The translations under genes and the position numbers were made by a program. A stretch of 64,000 bases of DNA from Paludibacteraceae bacterium (GTDB lineage: Bacteria > Bacteroidota > Bacteroidia > Bacteroidales > Paludibacteraceae): the NCBI GenBank assembly GCA_028694915.1, contig JAQVJY010000002.1:64401-128400 (forward strand), read 5' to 3'. Numbering within the stretch: the stretch's first letter is position 1; each line of letters starts with the position of its first letter. Below the pieces are notes generated by a model, which searched no databases, was not told where the DNA came from, and was given only the letters and a program-made list of their open reading frames with translations. This document shows, piece after piece, positions 38,234-46,732 of this stretch.

Positions 38234-39337
38234 ATGTCTTTACAATGTGGTATCGTGGGTTTACCCAATGTTGGTAAATCAACTCTTTTCAACTGTTTGT
38301 CAAATGCTAAAGCACAATCGGCAAACTTTCCTTTCTGTACAATAGAACCCAATGTTGGTGTTATTACCGTTCCCGACGAACGCCTAAATCAATTGGCTGA
38401 CTTGGTAAAACCTCAGCGCATTCTACCAACAACGGTAGAAATAGTGGACATAGCCGGCTTAGTAAAAGGTGCAAGCAAAGGAGAAGGTTTGGGTAATAAA
38501 TTTTTGGCAAATATTCGTGAAACGAACGCTATTTTACACGTATTGCGCTGTTTTGACGATCCAAACGTGGTACATGTGGATGGCTCTGTAGATCCTGTAC
38601 GCGATAAAGAAATTATTGATGCTGAATTAATGATTAAAGACCTCGAAACAGTGGATAGCCGTATTCAAAAAGTTCAGAAACAAGCACAAACTGGAGGTGA
38701 CAAGCAAGCTAAAATAGCTTATGACGTTCTTGTTAAATATAAAGCAGCTTTAGAGCAAGGTAAACCTGCACGCACGGTAACACTTGACAACAAAGACGAG
38801 CAAACGCTTGCAAACGAACTTTTCTTATTGACATCAAAACCTGTTATGTACGTTTGTAATGTGGACGAAGCATCAGCTGCAAATGGCAATAAGTATGTAG
38901 AACAAGTACGCAACGCGGTACAGGAGGAAAATGCTGAGGTTTTAGTTGTGGCAGCTAAGATTGAATCGGAAATAGCAGAATTGGAAACTTACGAAGAGCG
39001 TCAAATGTTCTTGGAAGAAGTTGGTTTAAAAGAATCTGGCGTGGCACGACTCATCAAAGCAGCTTACCACCTACTGAAATTAAAAACCTATTTCACGGCT
39101 GGAGTACAAGAAGTAAGAGCATGGACCTTTGAAGAAGGTTGGAAGGCTCCTCAGTGTGCAGGTGTGATTCATACCGATTTTGAAAAAGGTTTTATCCGTG
39201 CCGAAGTAATTAAATTTGCAGACTTCATTCAATATGGTAGCGAAAGCGCTGTAAAAGAAGCAGGAAAACTTGGAGTCGAAGGAAAAGAATATTTAGTACA
39301 AGATGGTGATATTATGCACTTTAGATTTAATGTTTAA
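38234..39337 (+). CDS. ychF: redox-regulated ATPase YchF
   Basis: G1 motif GIVGLPNVGKST and the conserved C-terminal TGS-like domain ending MHFRFNV. Confidence 0.93.
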   Translation: MSLQCGIVGLPNVGKSTLFNCLSNAKAQSANFPFCTIEPNVGVITVPDERLNQLADLVKPQRILPTTVEIVDIAGLVKGASKGEGLGNKFLANIRETNAILHVLRCFDDPNVVHVDGSVDPVRDKEIIDAELMIKDLETVDSRIQKVQKQAQTGGDKQAKIAYDVLVKYKAALEQGKPARTVTLDNKDEQTLANELFLLTSKPVMYVCNVDEASAANGNKYVEQVRNAVQEENAEVLVVAAKIESEIAELETYEERQMFLEEVGLKESGVARLIKAAYHLLKLKTYFTAGVQEVRAWTFEEGWKAPQCAGVIHTDFEKGFIRAEVIKFADFIQYGSESAVKEAGKLGVEGKEYLVQDGDIMHFRFNV

Positions 39338-39363
39338 GACAAATCATCTGTGATAATAAAAAA

Positions 39364-39387
39364 GGGAACCTAGTTAATGAGGTTCCC
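39364..39387. terminator. bidirectional rho-independent terminator between ychF and the acyl-CoA ligase gene
   Basis: Stem gggaacct / aggttccc with an 8-nt loop, flanked by A6 and T6 runs. Confidence 0.7.
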
Positions 39388-39412
39388 TTTTTTAATCGAT
39401 AAATAGAGCTAT

Positions 39413-41233
39413 TTATAAAACAGGCGCTACTACTGTATCGTACATTTCATCAATAAGCGATTTGTAATTTTGTTGAATCACGGCACGACGCAATTTCAAG
39501 GTAGAAGTTAACTCGCCAGCCTCCATCGAAAATCCTTTCTTGATAAGACGGAAACGTTTAATCTTCTCAAAACTAGCCATATCCACTTGTCCTTCAGCAA
39601 TGCGCTCTTCATAAAACTTCAGAATAATTGGATTTTCCAATAAATCTTCCATGCGTTCGTACGTGATATGATGTTGTTCTGCCAAAGCCTTCACCGCATC
39701 TAAATTAGGAGCTATAATGGCAGTAACATAGTTACGATTATTGCCAATAACAGCAATTTGATCGATGTAACGGTCTGCACCCAATTTAGTTTCAATTTGC
39801 TGTGGAGCAATATATTTACCGTTAGAGGTTTTAAACAAATCCTTAATACGATCGGTCAGCATCAAATGTTTACCCTCAATGAGTTTACCCGCATCACCTG
39901 TACGGAACCACCCATCAACAAAAGCTGCTGCGGTAGCTTCTGGTTTATTATAATACCCTGTGGTTACGGTTTTACCTTTTACTAAAATTTCATTATCGTC
40001 GCCAATTTTTACTTGCACACCAGGCATTAGTGAACCCATAGTTCCTACACGATAATCGCTATAATCATAGCAACATACCGTTGCAGTTGTTTCTGTCAAG
40101 CCGTAACCATACGTAATAGGTATTCCAAGACTACGGAAGAAAACTGCCAATTTATCGTCGAGTGCAGCACCTGCAACAGGGAACATACGTCCATTTTCGA
40201 TCCCAATAGTCTTTTTTAACGTACTGAATATCAATTTATCGGCAACCATGTATCGAAAACGTAACCCTAGAGGTACAGGTTTATTAATACGCAAATAATG
40301 CAAATTAAAAGTGGTTCCGACAGCTACCGCCCAAGTAACTAATGCTTTTTTGAATGGTGTAAATGTCTCGATTTTTTCCTGTACACCGGCGGCTACTTTT
40401 TCCCAAAAACGTGGGACACTGCACATTAACGTAGGACGTACTTCCTTGATTGTTTGCTGAACCTCGATAGGACGAAGATTAAGATAAATCTTAACATCTT
40501 TGTGCATACAGAAATAGACCCAAGCACGCTCAAAAATATGCGACATTGGCAAGAAAGCTATTGATTTATCATGTCTATTCACCGTAACCAAACGTTCTGT
40601 ATGAATTCGCATACCTTCTAATAAAGCCGTATGTGGCAACATCACACCTTTGGGTTCTCCTGTAGTTCCAGATGTATACATGATAACAGCTAAATCTTCT
40701 TCTTTTGCGGCTTTTTTACGTTTTTCAACCTCTTTATCGTGCTTCATATCGGCACCTAGAGCTAGAAAATCCTCAAAATACATAGCTCGCTTTTCGCCTT
40801 TCAAGTCAACACTACTATCAAACACCACAATATTTTTCAAATAGTTAGAAGTTGCTAAAACTTCCAAAGCGCTATCGTATTGTTGTTGTTCACCTACAAA
40901 AATCAAAGCAATTTTTGCATCATTCACAATATACTCAATTTGTGGAGCCGAAGCCGTAGCATACATAGGCACAGACACTGCACGATTCGCAAAATTAGCG
41001 AAATCGACAATAACACAATGAGGTTTATTTTGAGAGCAAATAGCAATATTGTCGTGTTCTTTCACGCCTACTTGAACCATTGCGCGAGCAGTAGTCTGAA
41101 CCTTTTCAGCTAACTCGCTCCAAGTAATGCCAACCCATTTTGCAAGAGAGTTGTCACGATAAAATAAAATTCTGTGATTCCCGCGCTTTCTAGCTTTAGC
41201 AAACACAAATTTTGAGAAATGAATGAATTCCAT
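39413..41233 (-). CDS. long-chain fatty acid--CoA ligase (AMP-forming)
   Basis: AMP-binding motif YTSGTTGEPKGV, followed by GYGLTET and TGD. Confidence 0.85.
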   Translation of the reverse strand: MEFIHFSKFVFAKARKRGNHRILFYRDNSLAKWVGITWSELAEKVQTTARAMVQVGVKEHDNIAICSQNKPHCVIVDFANFANRAVSVPMYATASAPQIEYIVNDAKIALIFVGEQQQYDSALEVLATSNYLKNIVVFDSSVDLKGEKRAMYFEDFLALGADMKHDKEVEKRKKAAKEEDLAVIMYTSGTTGEPKGVMLPHTALLEGMRIHTERLVTVNRHDKSIAFLPMSHIFERAWVYFCMHKDVKIYLNLRPIEVQQTIKEVRPTLMCSVPRFWEKVAAGVQEKIETFTPFKKALVTWAVAVGTTFNLHYLRINKPVPLGLRFRYMVADKLIFSTLKKTIGIENGRMFPVAGAALDDKLAVFFRSLGIPITYGYGLTETTATVCCYDYSDYRVGTMGSLMPGVQVKIGDDNEILVKGKTVTTGYYNKPEATAAAFVDGWFRTGDAGKLIEGKHLMLTDRIKDLFKTSNGKYIAPQQIETKLGADRYIDQIAVIGNNRNYVTAIIAPNLDAVKALAEQHHITYERMEDLLENPIILKFYEERIAEGQVDMASFEKIKRFRLIKKGFSMEAGELTSTLKLRRAVIQQNYKSLIDEMYDTVVAPVL

Positions 41234-41265
41234 AATGAAATTATTTTAGTTAATACTCAATGATG

Positions 41266-42003
41266 TTAAACTATATTCAGTTTACGTAACGCTTGTTTTG
41301 AGGCATTTTGCTCTGCTTTACGCTTTGCAAAACCTACACCCAAACCCAATTCGATATCGTCAACATATACTTTTGAATGAAATTTTATCAGATTATCGGC
41401 TTGTGGCTCTTCTGCAATCAACTCAAAACGAATGGTTTTATGCTGTTTTTGTCCCCACTCTATCAGTTTAGATTTAAAATTTTCCTCGGTTTTCGCCAAC
41501 CGAGCCAAATTCACATAACGAGCCAAAATTCGGCTTTCCACAAACTGTTTACAGGCACCATAACCCTTGTCTAGATAGATAGCGCCAATAAGTGCTTCTA
41601 AGGCATTGCCATAAACATGACGATTATTGTTCGATTTATGACCTTGGACCAACAATGGTAAACCTATTTTTTCGGCTAACTCGTCGAGATTTTCTCGTTT
41701 CACGAGCTTGCTACGCATCATAGTCATAAACCCTTCATCTTGCGATGGAAAATGGTGATACAACACATCACTAATAACAGCTTGCAGCAGAGCATCTCCA
41801 AGAAATTCTAAACGTTCATTATCAAGTTTTTGTCCTTTGTTATCTTTAACCAAAGCCGATTTATGGAGAAAAGCGAGATAGTAATATTGGGGATCACAGG
41901 GAACAAAGCCCAACACAGAAATAAGTGGATTTTGAGAGTCAGAAACAGGGTCGGATATAATACGACGCTTAGGAAAAAATGTATTGAAAAATGATTTAAT
42001 CAT
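41266..42003 (-). CDS. rnc: ribonuclease III
   Basis: Signature ERLEFLGDA and a C-terminal dsRBD. Confidence 0.9.
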   Translation of the reverse strand: MIKSFFNTFFPKRRIISDPVSDSQNPLISVLGFVPCDPQYYYLAFLHKSALVKDNKGQKLDNERLEFLGDALLQAVISDVLYHHFPSQDEGFMTMMRSKLVKRENLDELAEKIGLPLLVQGHKSNNNRHVYGNALEALIGAIYLDKGYGACKQFVESRILARYVNLARLAKTEENFKSKLIEWGQKQHKTIRFELIAEEPQADNLIKFHSKVYVDDIELGLGVGFAKRKAEQNASKQALRKLNIV

Positions 42004-42028
42004 TCAAGAGCAGTCTAATTTTTGGGAG

Positions 42029-42036
42029 CAAAGGTA
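42029..42036 (-). promoter_or_regulatory. candidate -7 promoter box (TACCTTTG) for rnc
   Basis: The reverse complement matches TAnnTTTG and lies 26 nt upstream of ATG 42003. Confidence 0.35.
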
Positions 42037-42099
42037 CGCTTTTTTTTAATGTATTGGACATAATTGCTCACTTTTTTAAAAAATGTGTAGTTTTTAGAG

Positions 42100-42723
42100 T
42101 CATAACTCCAATGCCAATTGTGTATTCAATAATCGAAAAGTCATACGGTGATACGGCGTTGTACCATACATCTCTATAGCACGACGATGTTTTACTGTTG
42201 GATAACCTTTATTTGAATTCCAATCATATTGAGGAAATTCATCGGCTAAAGCCACCATATAATCATCACGATACGTTTTGGCTAAAACAGAAGCGGCCGC
42301 GATGGACAAATATTTACCATCGCCCTTTACAATAGTATGATGAGGAATATCTTGGTATTTTTTGAACCTATTACCATCAATTATAAGATGTTCTGGACGT
42401 AGAGATAATCCATCTACTGCACGATGCATCGCTAAGATAGAGGCATTCAAAATATTAATTTTGTCAATTTCGGGAGCATCCACACGCGCTACAGACCAAG
42501 CTAATGCCTGTTGTTCAATGATGGGACGTAATGCATAACGTTGATTTTCTGTCAGTTGTTTACTATCGTTGAGTAAAGGAGATGAAAAATCTGCTGGCAA
42601 AATAACTGCAGCGGCAAACACGGGACCTGCCAAACAACCTCGTCCCGCTTCATCGCAACCTGCTTCGATGCAATCAACGGTAAAATAGGATGCCAACGGT
42701 TGATGAGCTTTCACACTATTCAC
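42100..42723 (-). CDS. rnhB: ribonuclease HII
   Basis: Catalytic motif [14 protein letters not shown]. Confidence 0.9.
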   Translation of the reverse strand: MNSVKAHQPLASYFTVDCIEAGCDEAGRGCLAGPVFAAAVILPADFSSPLLNDSKQLTENQRYALRPIIEQQALAWSVARVDAPEIDKINILNASILAMHRAVDGLSLRPEHLIIDGNRFKKYQDIPHHTIVKGDGKYLSIAAASVLAKTYRDDYMVALADEFPQYDWNSNKGYPTVKHRRAIEMYGTTPYHRMTFRLLNTQLALEL

Positions 42724-42726
42724 ATT

Positions 42727-43731
42727 TTATGGATTATAAATCACTTGTAATAAAGTTTGTCCCACTACGTACAAGGTATTCTTATCGATATTCTTCATGT
42801 TATCATCCACTGTATGCCAATAATCGCCAAAACCAGTGGCGCCATACGGATTATATTGAATAATGTCGATACAAGGAATATTGGCCACTCGGTTCACATA
42901 TAAGTGATCGTCGGTAACAGCACCACCCGATTGATTTATGAAATAGCTACCAAACCCAAGTGACTGAGCTGCATTCCAAACTTTTTCGACAGCAAATGAA
43001 GCGTAATAAGTGGAAATTTGCTCCTTATAGAATTGGGCATTAGGAGCGCCAACCATATCCAATAAAATACCAAATTCAGCTTTATAACCATTTTTCACAG
43101 CTTGTTGAGCCCAATATTGAGAACCCAAGCACCACGTATCTTCACGTTGTGGACCTGTATAAAATTCAGGTGTTCCCCAATCTTCTAAATCAAACAGTAC
43201 AATATCAACGCCAATAGTTGGTTCATTCAGATGCAATTGACGAGCCACTTCGAGCAAAACACCAACGCCACTAGCCGCATCATTGGCTCCCAAAATTGGT
43301 TTATGATGGTTTGCAGGATTTTTATCTTGGTCGGCATAAGGACGAGTATCCCAATGAGCACAGAGTAAAAGACGTTTTGAGGCTTGCGGATTATAACTGG
43401 CTATAATATTTTTTAAACGCATTGTGCGACCATCGTACAAGGTAGCTTCACCGTTTTGAATAGTCACTTGAGCTCCAAATCGACGCAATGTAGTGTCCAA
43501 AAAAGCAGCACAAGCAGTATGTTGAGCTGTACCTGGAACGCGCGGTCCAAAATCAACCTGACATTGTACAAACTGAAACGCAGAATCGCCATTAAAAACA
43601 GGAGCAGAAGCAGCAGCAATCGATTGTTGCTCTGGATTGGGTTTACCTGCACAAGCCGCTAAAAGACTGACGGTGGCTAATAGTAAAATGGTTATTTTTT
43701 GAGATATTCGCATTTTCCGTTTGCTTATCAA
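42727..43731 (-). CDS. M28-family lipoprotein, glutaminyl-peptide cyclotransferase-like
   Basis: Lipobox LLAACAG. M28 metal-ligand blocks (CAHWDTR, NDAASGV, DLEDWG, DDH) resemble the type II glutaminyl cyclases of oral Bacteroidetes. Confidence 0.75.
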   Translation of the reverse strand: MISKRKMRISQKITILLLATVSLLAACAGKPNPEQQSIAAASAPVFNGDSAFQFVQCQVDFGPRVPGTAQHTACAAFLDTTLRRFGAQVTIQNGEATLYDGRTMRLKNIIASYNPQASKRLLLCAHWDTRPYADQDKNPANHHKPILGANDAASGVGVLLEVARQLHLNEPTIGVDIVLFDLEDWGTPEFYTGPQREDTWCLGSQYWAQQAVKNGYKAEFGILLDMVGAPNAQFYKEQISTYYASFAVEKVWNAAQSLGFGSYFINQSGGAVTDDHLYVNRVANIPCIDIIQYNPYGATGFGDYWHTVDDNMKNIDKNTLYVVGQTLLQVIYNP

Positions 43732-44018
43732 AGCTCAAAATCAAGTGAAATACTTTGTTGTGAAACGGCACGCATATGTTTTTTCACAATATTACAGTGA
43801 TAAGGGTCATTTTGATATTCTTCTAAAGCATCCCAGCTATCAACCAGCACTTCCAACATGATATCAAATGAGCGAGGCGATTTCAACTCATCAACATTCA
43901 CAGCAATCTCTTTAGCAGTAGGTACTTTGCCTTTCATCGACTCTAGCACTTGTTTAGCTTGCGCACAATTGCGTGCGTTATTGTCGGCTAATTTAAAACA
44001 AACTATGTGTTTTATCAT
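43728..44018 (-). CDS. Dabb (stress-responsive alpha/beta barrel) family protein
   Basis: 96 aa with N-terminus MIKHIVCFKL. There is a 4-nt overlap with the M28 gene start. Confidence 0.8.
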   Translation of the reverse strand: MIKHIVCFKLADNNARNCAQAKQVLESMKGKVPTAKEIAVNVDELKSPRSFDIMLEVLVDSWDALEEYQNDPYHCNIVKKHMRAVSQQSISLDFEL

Positions 44019-44035
44019 ATATGTAAAATTTAATT

Positions 44036-44557
44036 TTATTTAGCTTCGGTGTACCAACTAGCGTACATCGAATAGTTATGAGCTATTTTTTGATTGATCT
44101 CTTTGGCCTGTTCAGGCGACACCTCTTTCACTTGTTTCGCTGGAACGCCCGCCCAAATAGTATAAGGTGGAACCACAGTATTGCTTAAAACCAATGCATT
44201 AGCGGCGATTATAGCTCCTTCGCCAACCACAGCACCATCCAACACAGTAGCACCCATACCAACTAACGCATAATCTTTGATGGTGGCTCCATGAATATTG
44301 ACATTGTGCCCAACAGAAACATAATCGCCGATATGAATTTGAGATTTTTCATAAAGCGTATGCAGCACAGCACCATCCTGAATATTGACATGATTACCTA
44401 TCCGAATAGAATTCACGTCACCTCGCACTACAGCATTAAACCACACACTACAGTCGTCACCAAGCACCGTATCACCAATAATAGTGGCATTATCGGCTAA
44501 AAAACAGTTGTTACCAATTTGTGGTGTAAAACCACGTACAGATTTGATTAAAGCCAT
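44036..44557 (-). CDS. gamma-carbonic-anhydrase-family hexapeptide-repeat protein
   Basis: Left-handed beta-helix hexapeptide repeats and His ligands in VLHTL / GHNVNIHG. Confidence 0.85.
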   Translation of the reverse strand: MALIKSVRGFTPQIGNNCFLADNATIIGDTVLGDDCSVWFNAVVRGDVNSIRIGNHVNIQDGAVLHTLYEKSQIHIGDYVSVGHNVNIHGATIKDYALVGMGATVLDGAVVGEGAIIAANALVLSNTVVPPYTIWAGVPAKQVKEVSPEQAKEINQKIAHNYSMYASWYTEAK

Positions 44558-44585
44558 ATTTTCTATTGTTTCAAGTTTTCTGGTA

Positions 44586-44593
44586 CAAAAATA
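44586..44593 (-). promoter_or_regulatory. candidate -7 promoter box (TATTTTTG) for the gamma-CA/Dabb/M28/rnhB block
   Basis: The reverse complement matches TAnnTTTG and lies 29 nt upstream of ATG 44557. Confidence 0.35.
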
Positions 44594-44706
44594 CGCTTTT
44601 TATCTCAAAAAAGATAAAAAAATGCATTTTTTCATCTCTAGGGTCTTGTTCTCTCACCTATTTTTATTCTAAAATCACATTTAGTTCTTTTTAAGAATGT
44701 TAAAAT

Positions 44707-44730
44707 TGCACAAAATGGGTCATTTGTGCA
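44707..44730. promoter_or_regulatory. palindromic operator-like site 1 upstream of acpP (TGCACAAA-N8-TTTGTGCA)
   Basis: Perfect 8-bp inverted-repeat arms separated by 8 nt, followed by TAATT. Confidence 0.4.
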
Positions 44731-44808
44731 TAATTATTAAATGACAACTTAGTTTCTTAGCTATCAATTGTTTATCAAAAAAATAGAAAAATAAAACCGA
44801 ATAATTTA

Positions 44809-44833
44809 TGCACACTGGCATATACTTTGTGCA
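44809..44833. promoter_or_regulatory. palindromic operator-like site 2 upstream of acpP (TGCACA-N13-TGTGCA)
   Basis: 6-bp inverted-repeat arms extended by AATT(T)A / TAATT. It shares the exact 13-mer tttgtgcataatt with site 1, and the two centres are about 102 bp apart. Confidence 0.4.
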
Positions 44834-44940
44834 TAATTGGGTAAAATTATAAGGCAAAACGAAGGTTGATTGAAAAAAAATCGCTTCCTTTGCAACTCAA
44901 TTTTTTTGAATTTTTTACTAACCCAAAACATTTTTGAATT

Positions 44941-45177
44941 ATGTCACAATTAGAAGAAAAAGTAAAAGCTATTATTGTTGAAAAATTAGGCGTTGACGCT
45001 GCTGAAGTAACTAACGAAGCAAGTTTCACTGCTGATCTTGGCGCAGATTCTTTGGATACAGTAGAATTAATTATGGAATTCGAAAAAGAATTTAATATCC
45101 AAATCCCAGAAGAAGCTGCTGAAAAAATTGGTACTGTAGGTGATGCGATCTCTCACATAGAAGCAGCTACGAAATAA
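44941..45177 (+). CDS. acpP: acyl carrier protein
   Basis: 78 aa with the phosphopantetheine attachment motif [13 protein letters not shown]. Confidence 0.95.
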   Translation: MSQLEEKVKAIIVEKLGVDAAEVTNEASFTADLGADSLDTVELIMEFEKEFNIQIPEEAAEKIGTVGDAISHIEAATK

Positions 45178-45196
45178 TAACTTTTTCTCTACTTTT

Positions 45197-46459
45197 ATGG
45201 AATTAAAACGAGTAGTAGTAACAGGCCTCGGCGCCCTCACTCCACTTGGCAACACTGTCCCACAATTATGGGACAGCGTTGTAAATGGCAAGAGTGGTGC
45301 AGGTCCAATTACCCACTTTGACACTACCAATTTCAAAACCAAATTTGCTTGTGAAGTCAAAAATTTTGACGGTGCAGAATTCATTGATCGCAAAGAAGTG
45401 CGTAAAATGGATTTATGTTCACAATACGCGATTGTAGCGGCAGATGAGGCTATTGCTGATGCAAAAATTGAAGTTGAGAAAGAAAATTTGGATAAAATTG
45501 GGGTTATTTTTGGCATAGGCATCGGCGGTATCAAAACATTCGAAGAAGAAGTGTTGGGATACGCCAAAACAAAAGATACTATTGGCCCAAAATTTAATCC
45601 ATTTTTTATCCCAAAAATGATCTCTGATATAGGTCCTGGTCATGTTTCAATTAAATATGGTTTCCGTGGTCCTAATTTCACAACTACGTCAGCTTGTGCG
45701 TCTTCCACCAACGCCATTGTTGATGCATTTAACTACATCCGTTTAGGTAAAGCAAATATTATCGTAACGGGTGGCGCTGAAGCAGCTATCACCGAAGCAG
45801 GTGTAGGTGGTTTCAGTTCTATGCATGCTATTTCTACGCGCAACGACTCTCCTGAAACTGCATCACGTCCATTTAGCGCCAGCCGCGATGGTTTTGTGAT
45901 TGGTGAAGGTGGTGTTTGTTTAATTCTTGAAGAATACGAACACGCGAAAGCACGCGGTGCGAAAATTTATGCTGAATTAGCAGGTTGCGGTTTAAGCGCA
46001 GATGCTCATCACATCACAGCACCACATCCTGAAGGTTTAGGTGCTATGCTTGTAATGAACAATGCCTTAGAAGATGCTGAGATGAAACCAGAAGATATTG
46101 ACTACATCAATGTTCATGGTACATCCACTCCTCTAGGAGATATAGCAGAAACCAAAGCCATTAAAAAGGTATTTGGCGAATCAGCTTACAAATTAAACAT
46201 CAGTTCTTCTAAATCGATGACTGGACACTTACTAGGTGCTACCGGTGCTTTAGAAGCGTTAATTTGTGTGCTTTCAGTCAAAAACGATATTGTGACTCCA
46301 ACCATTAACTTTACTGAAGGTGATGAAGATCCTGAAATCGATTACAAATTGAATTTCACATTTAACAAAGCTCAAAAACGCACTGTACGTGCTGCTTTGT
46401 CGAACACATTCGGATTTGGTGGTCATAATGCAAGCGTTATCTTTAAGAAATTAAACTAA
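45197..46459 (+). CDS. fabF: beta-ketoacyl-ACP synthase II
   Basis: Active-site Cys in TTSACASS, His motifs in ADAHHITAP and NVHGTSTP, and a C-terminal FGFGGHNAS. Confidence 0.95.
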   Translation: MELKRVVVTGLGALTPLGNTVPQLWDSVVNGKSGAGPITHFDTTNFKTKFACEVKNFDGAEFIDRKEVRKMDLCSQYAIVAADEAIADAKIEVEKENLDKIGVIFGIGIGGIKTFEEEVLGYAKTKDTIGPKFNPFFIPKMISDIGPGHVSIKYGFRGPNFTTTSACASSTNAIVDAFNYIRLGKANIIVTGGAEAAITEAGVGGFSSMHAISTRNDSPETASRPFSASRDGFVIGEGGVCLILEEYEHAKARGAKIYAELAGCGLSADAHHITAPHPEGLGAMLVMNNALEDAEMKPEDIDYINVHGTSTPLGDIAETKAIKKVFGESAYKLNISSSKSMTGHLLGATGALEALICVLSVKNDIVTPTINFTEGDEDPEIDYKLNFTFNKAQKRTVRAALSNTFGFGGHNASVIFKKLN

Positions 46460-46482
46460 TTACGCATCTTTTTGTTATACTA

Positions 46483-46519
46483 AAAGCGAGCTCTCAACGC
46501 CATGTTGAGAGCTCGCTTT
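46483..46519 (+). terminator. rho-independent terminator after fabF
   Basis: Perfect 16-bp stem aaagcgagctctcaac / gttgagagctcgcttt with a 5-nt loop. Confidence 0.7.
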
Positions 46520-46628
46520 ACTTTTGCCAGCATTCAAACGTGAAGTATACATCTGCTCATGTAGGCTATTTCTAAACCTATTCTTGTTCGAAAATACAAG
46601 CTTTACATTACCACAATTAGAAGACAAT

Positions 46629-46666
46629 AAAAAAACGTGGGCGGGAACTTCACAGCCCCCGCCCAC
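46629..46666 (-). terminator. rho-independent terminator downstream of yidC
   Basis: GC-rich 9-bp stem gtgggcggg / cccgcccac with a 12-nt loop, followed on the minus strand by G then T7. Confidence 0.65.
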
Positions 46667-46732
46667 TAATGCGGAACATAACCAATTATTCTTAGTTAAA
46701 ACCTTACCTTTTGTTCCGCAGAATTAAATATC

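Noticed and set aside
44723-44815. The inverted copies TTTGTGCATAATT / AATTTATGCACAC might flank an invertible (phase-variable) promoter segment of the kind common in Bacteroidales.
   Set aside because: The intervening ~67 bp contains no TAnnTTTG promoter box in either orientation. No site-specific recombinase gene is nearby. The repeats are better explained as half-sites of two separate palindromic operators.
46574-46591. A GTTCGAAA T-loop-like sequence that could suggest a tRNA in the fabF/yidC spacer.
   Set aside because: The surrounding sequence is AT-rich and cannot form acceptor, D or anticodon arms. It is only a 5-bp local hairpin.
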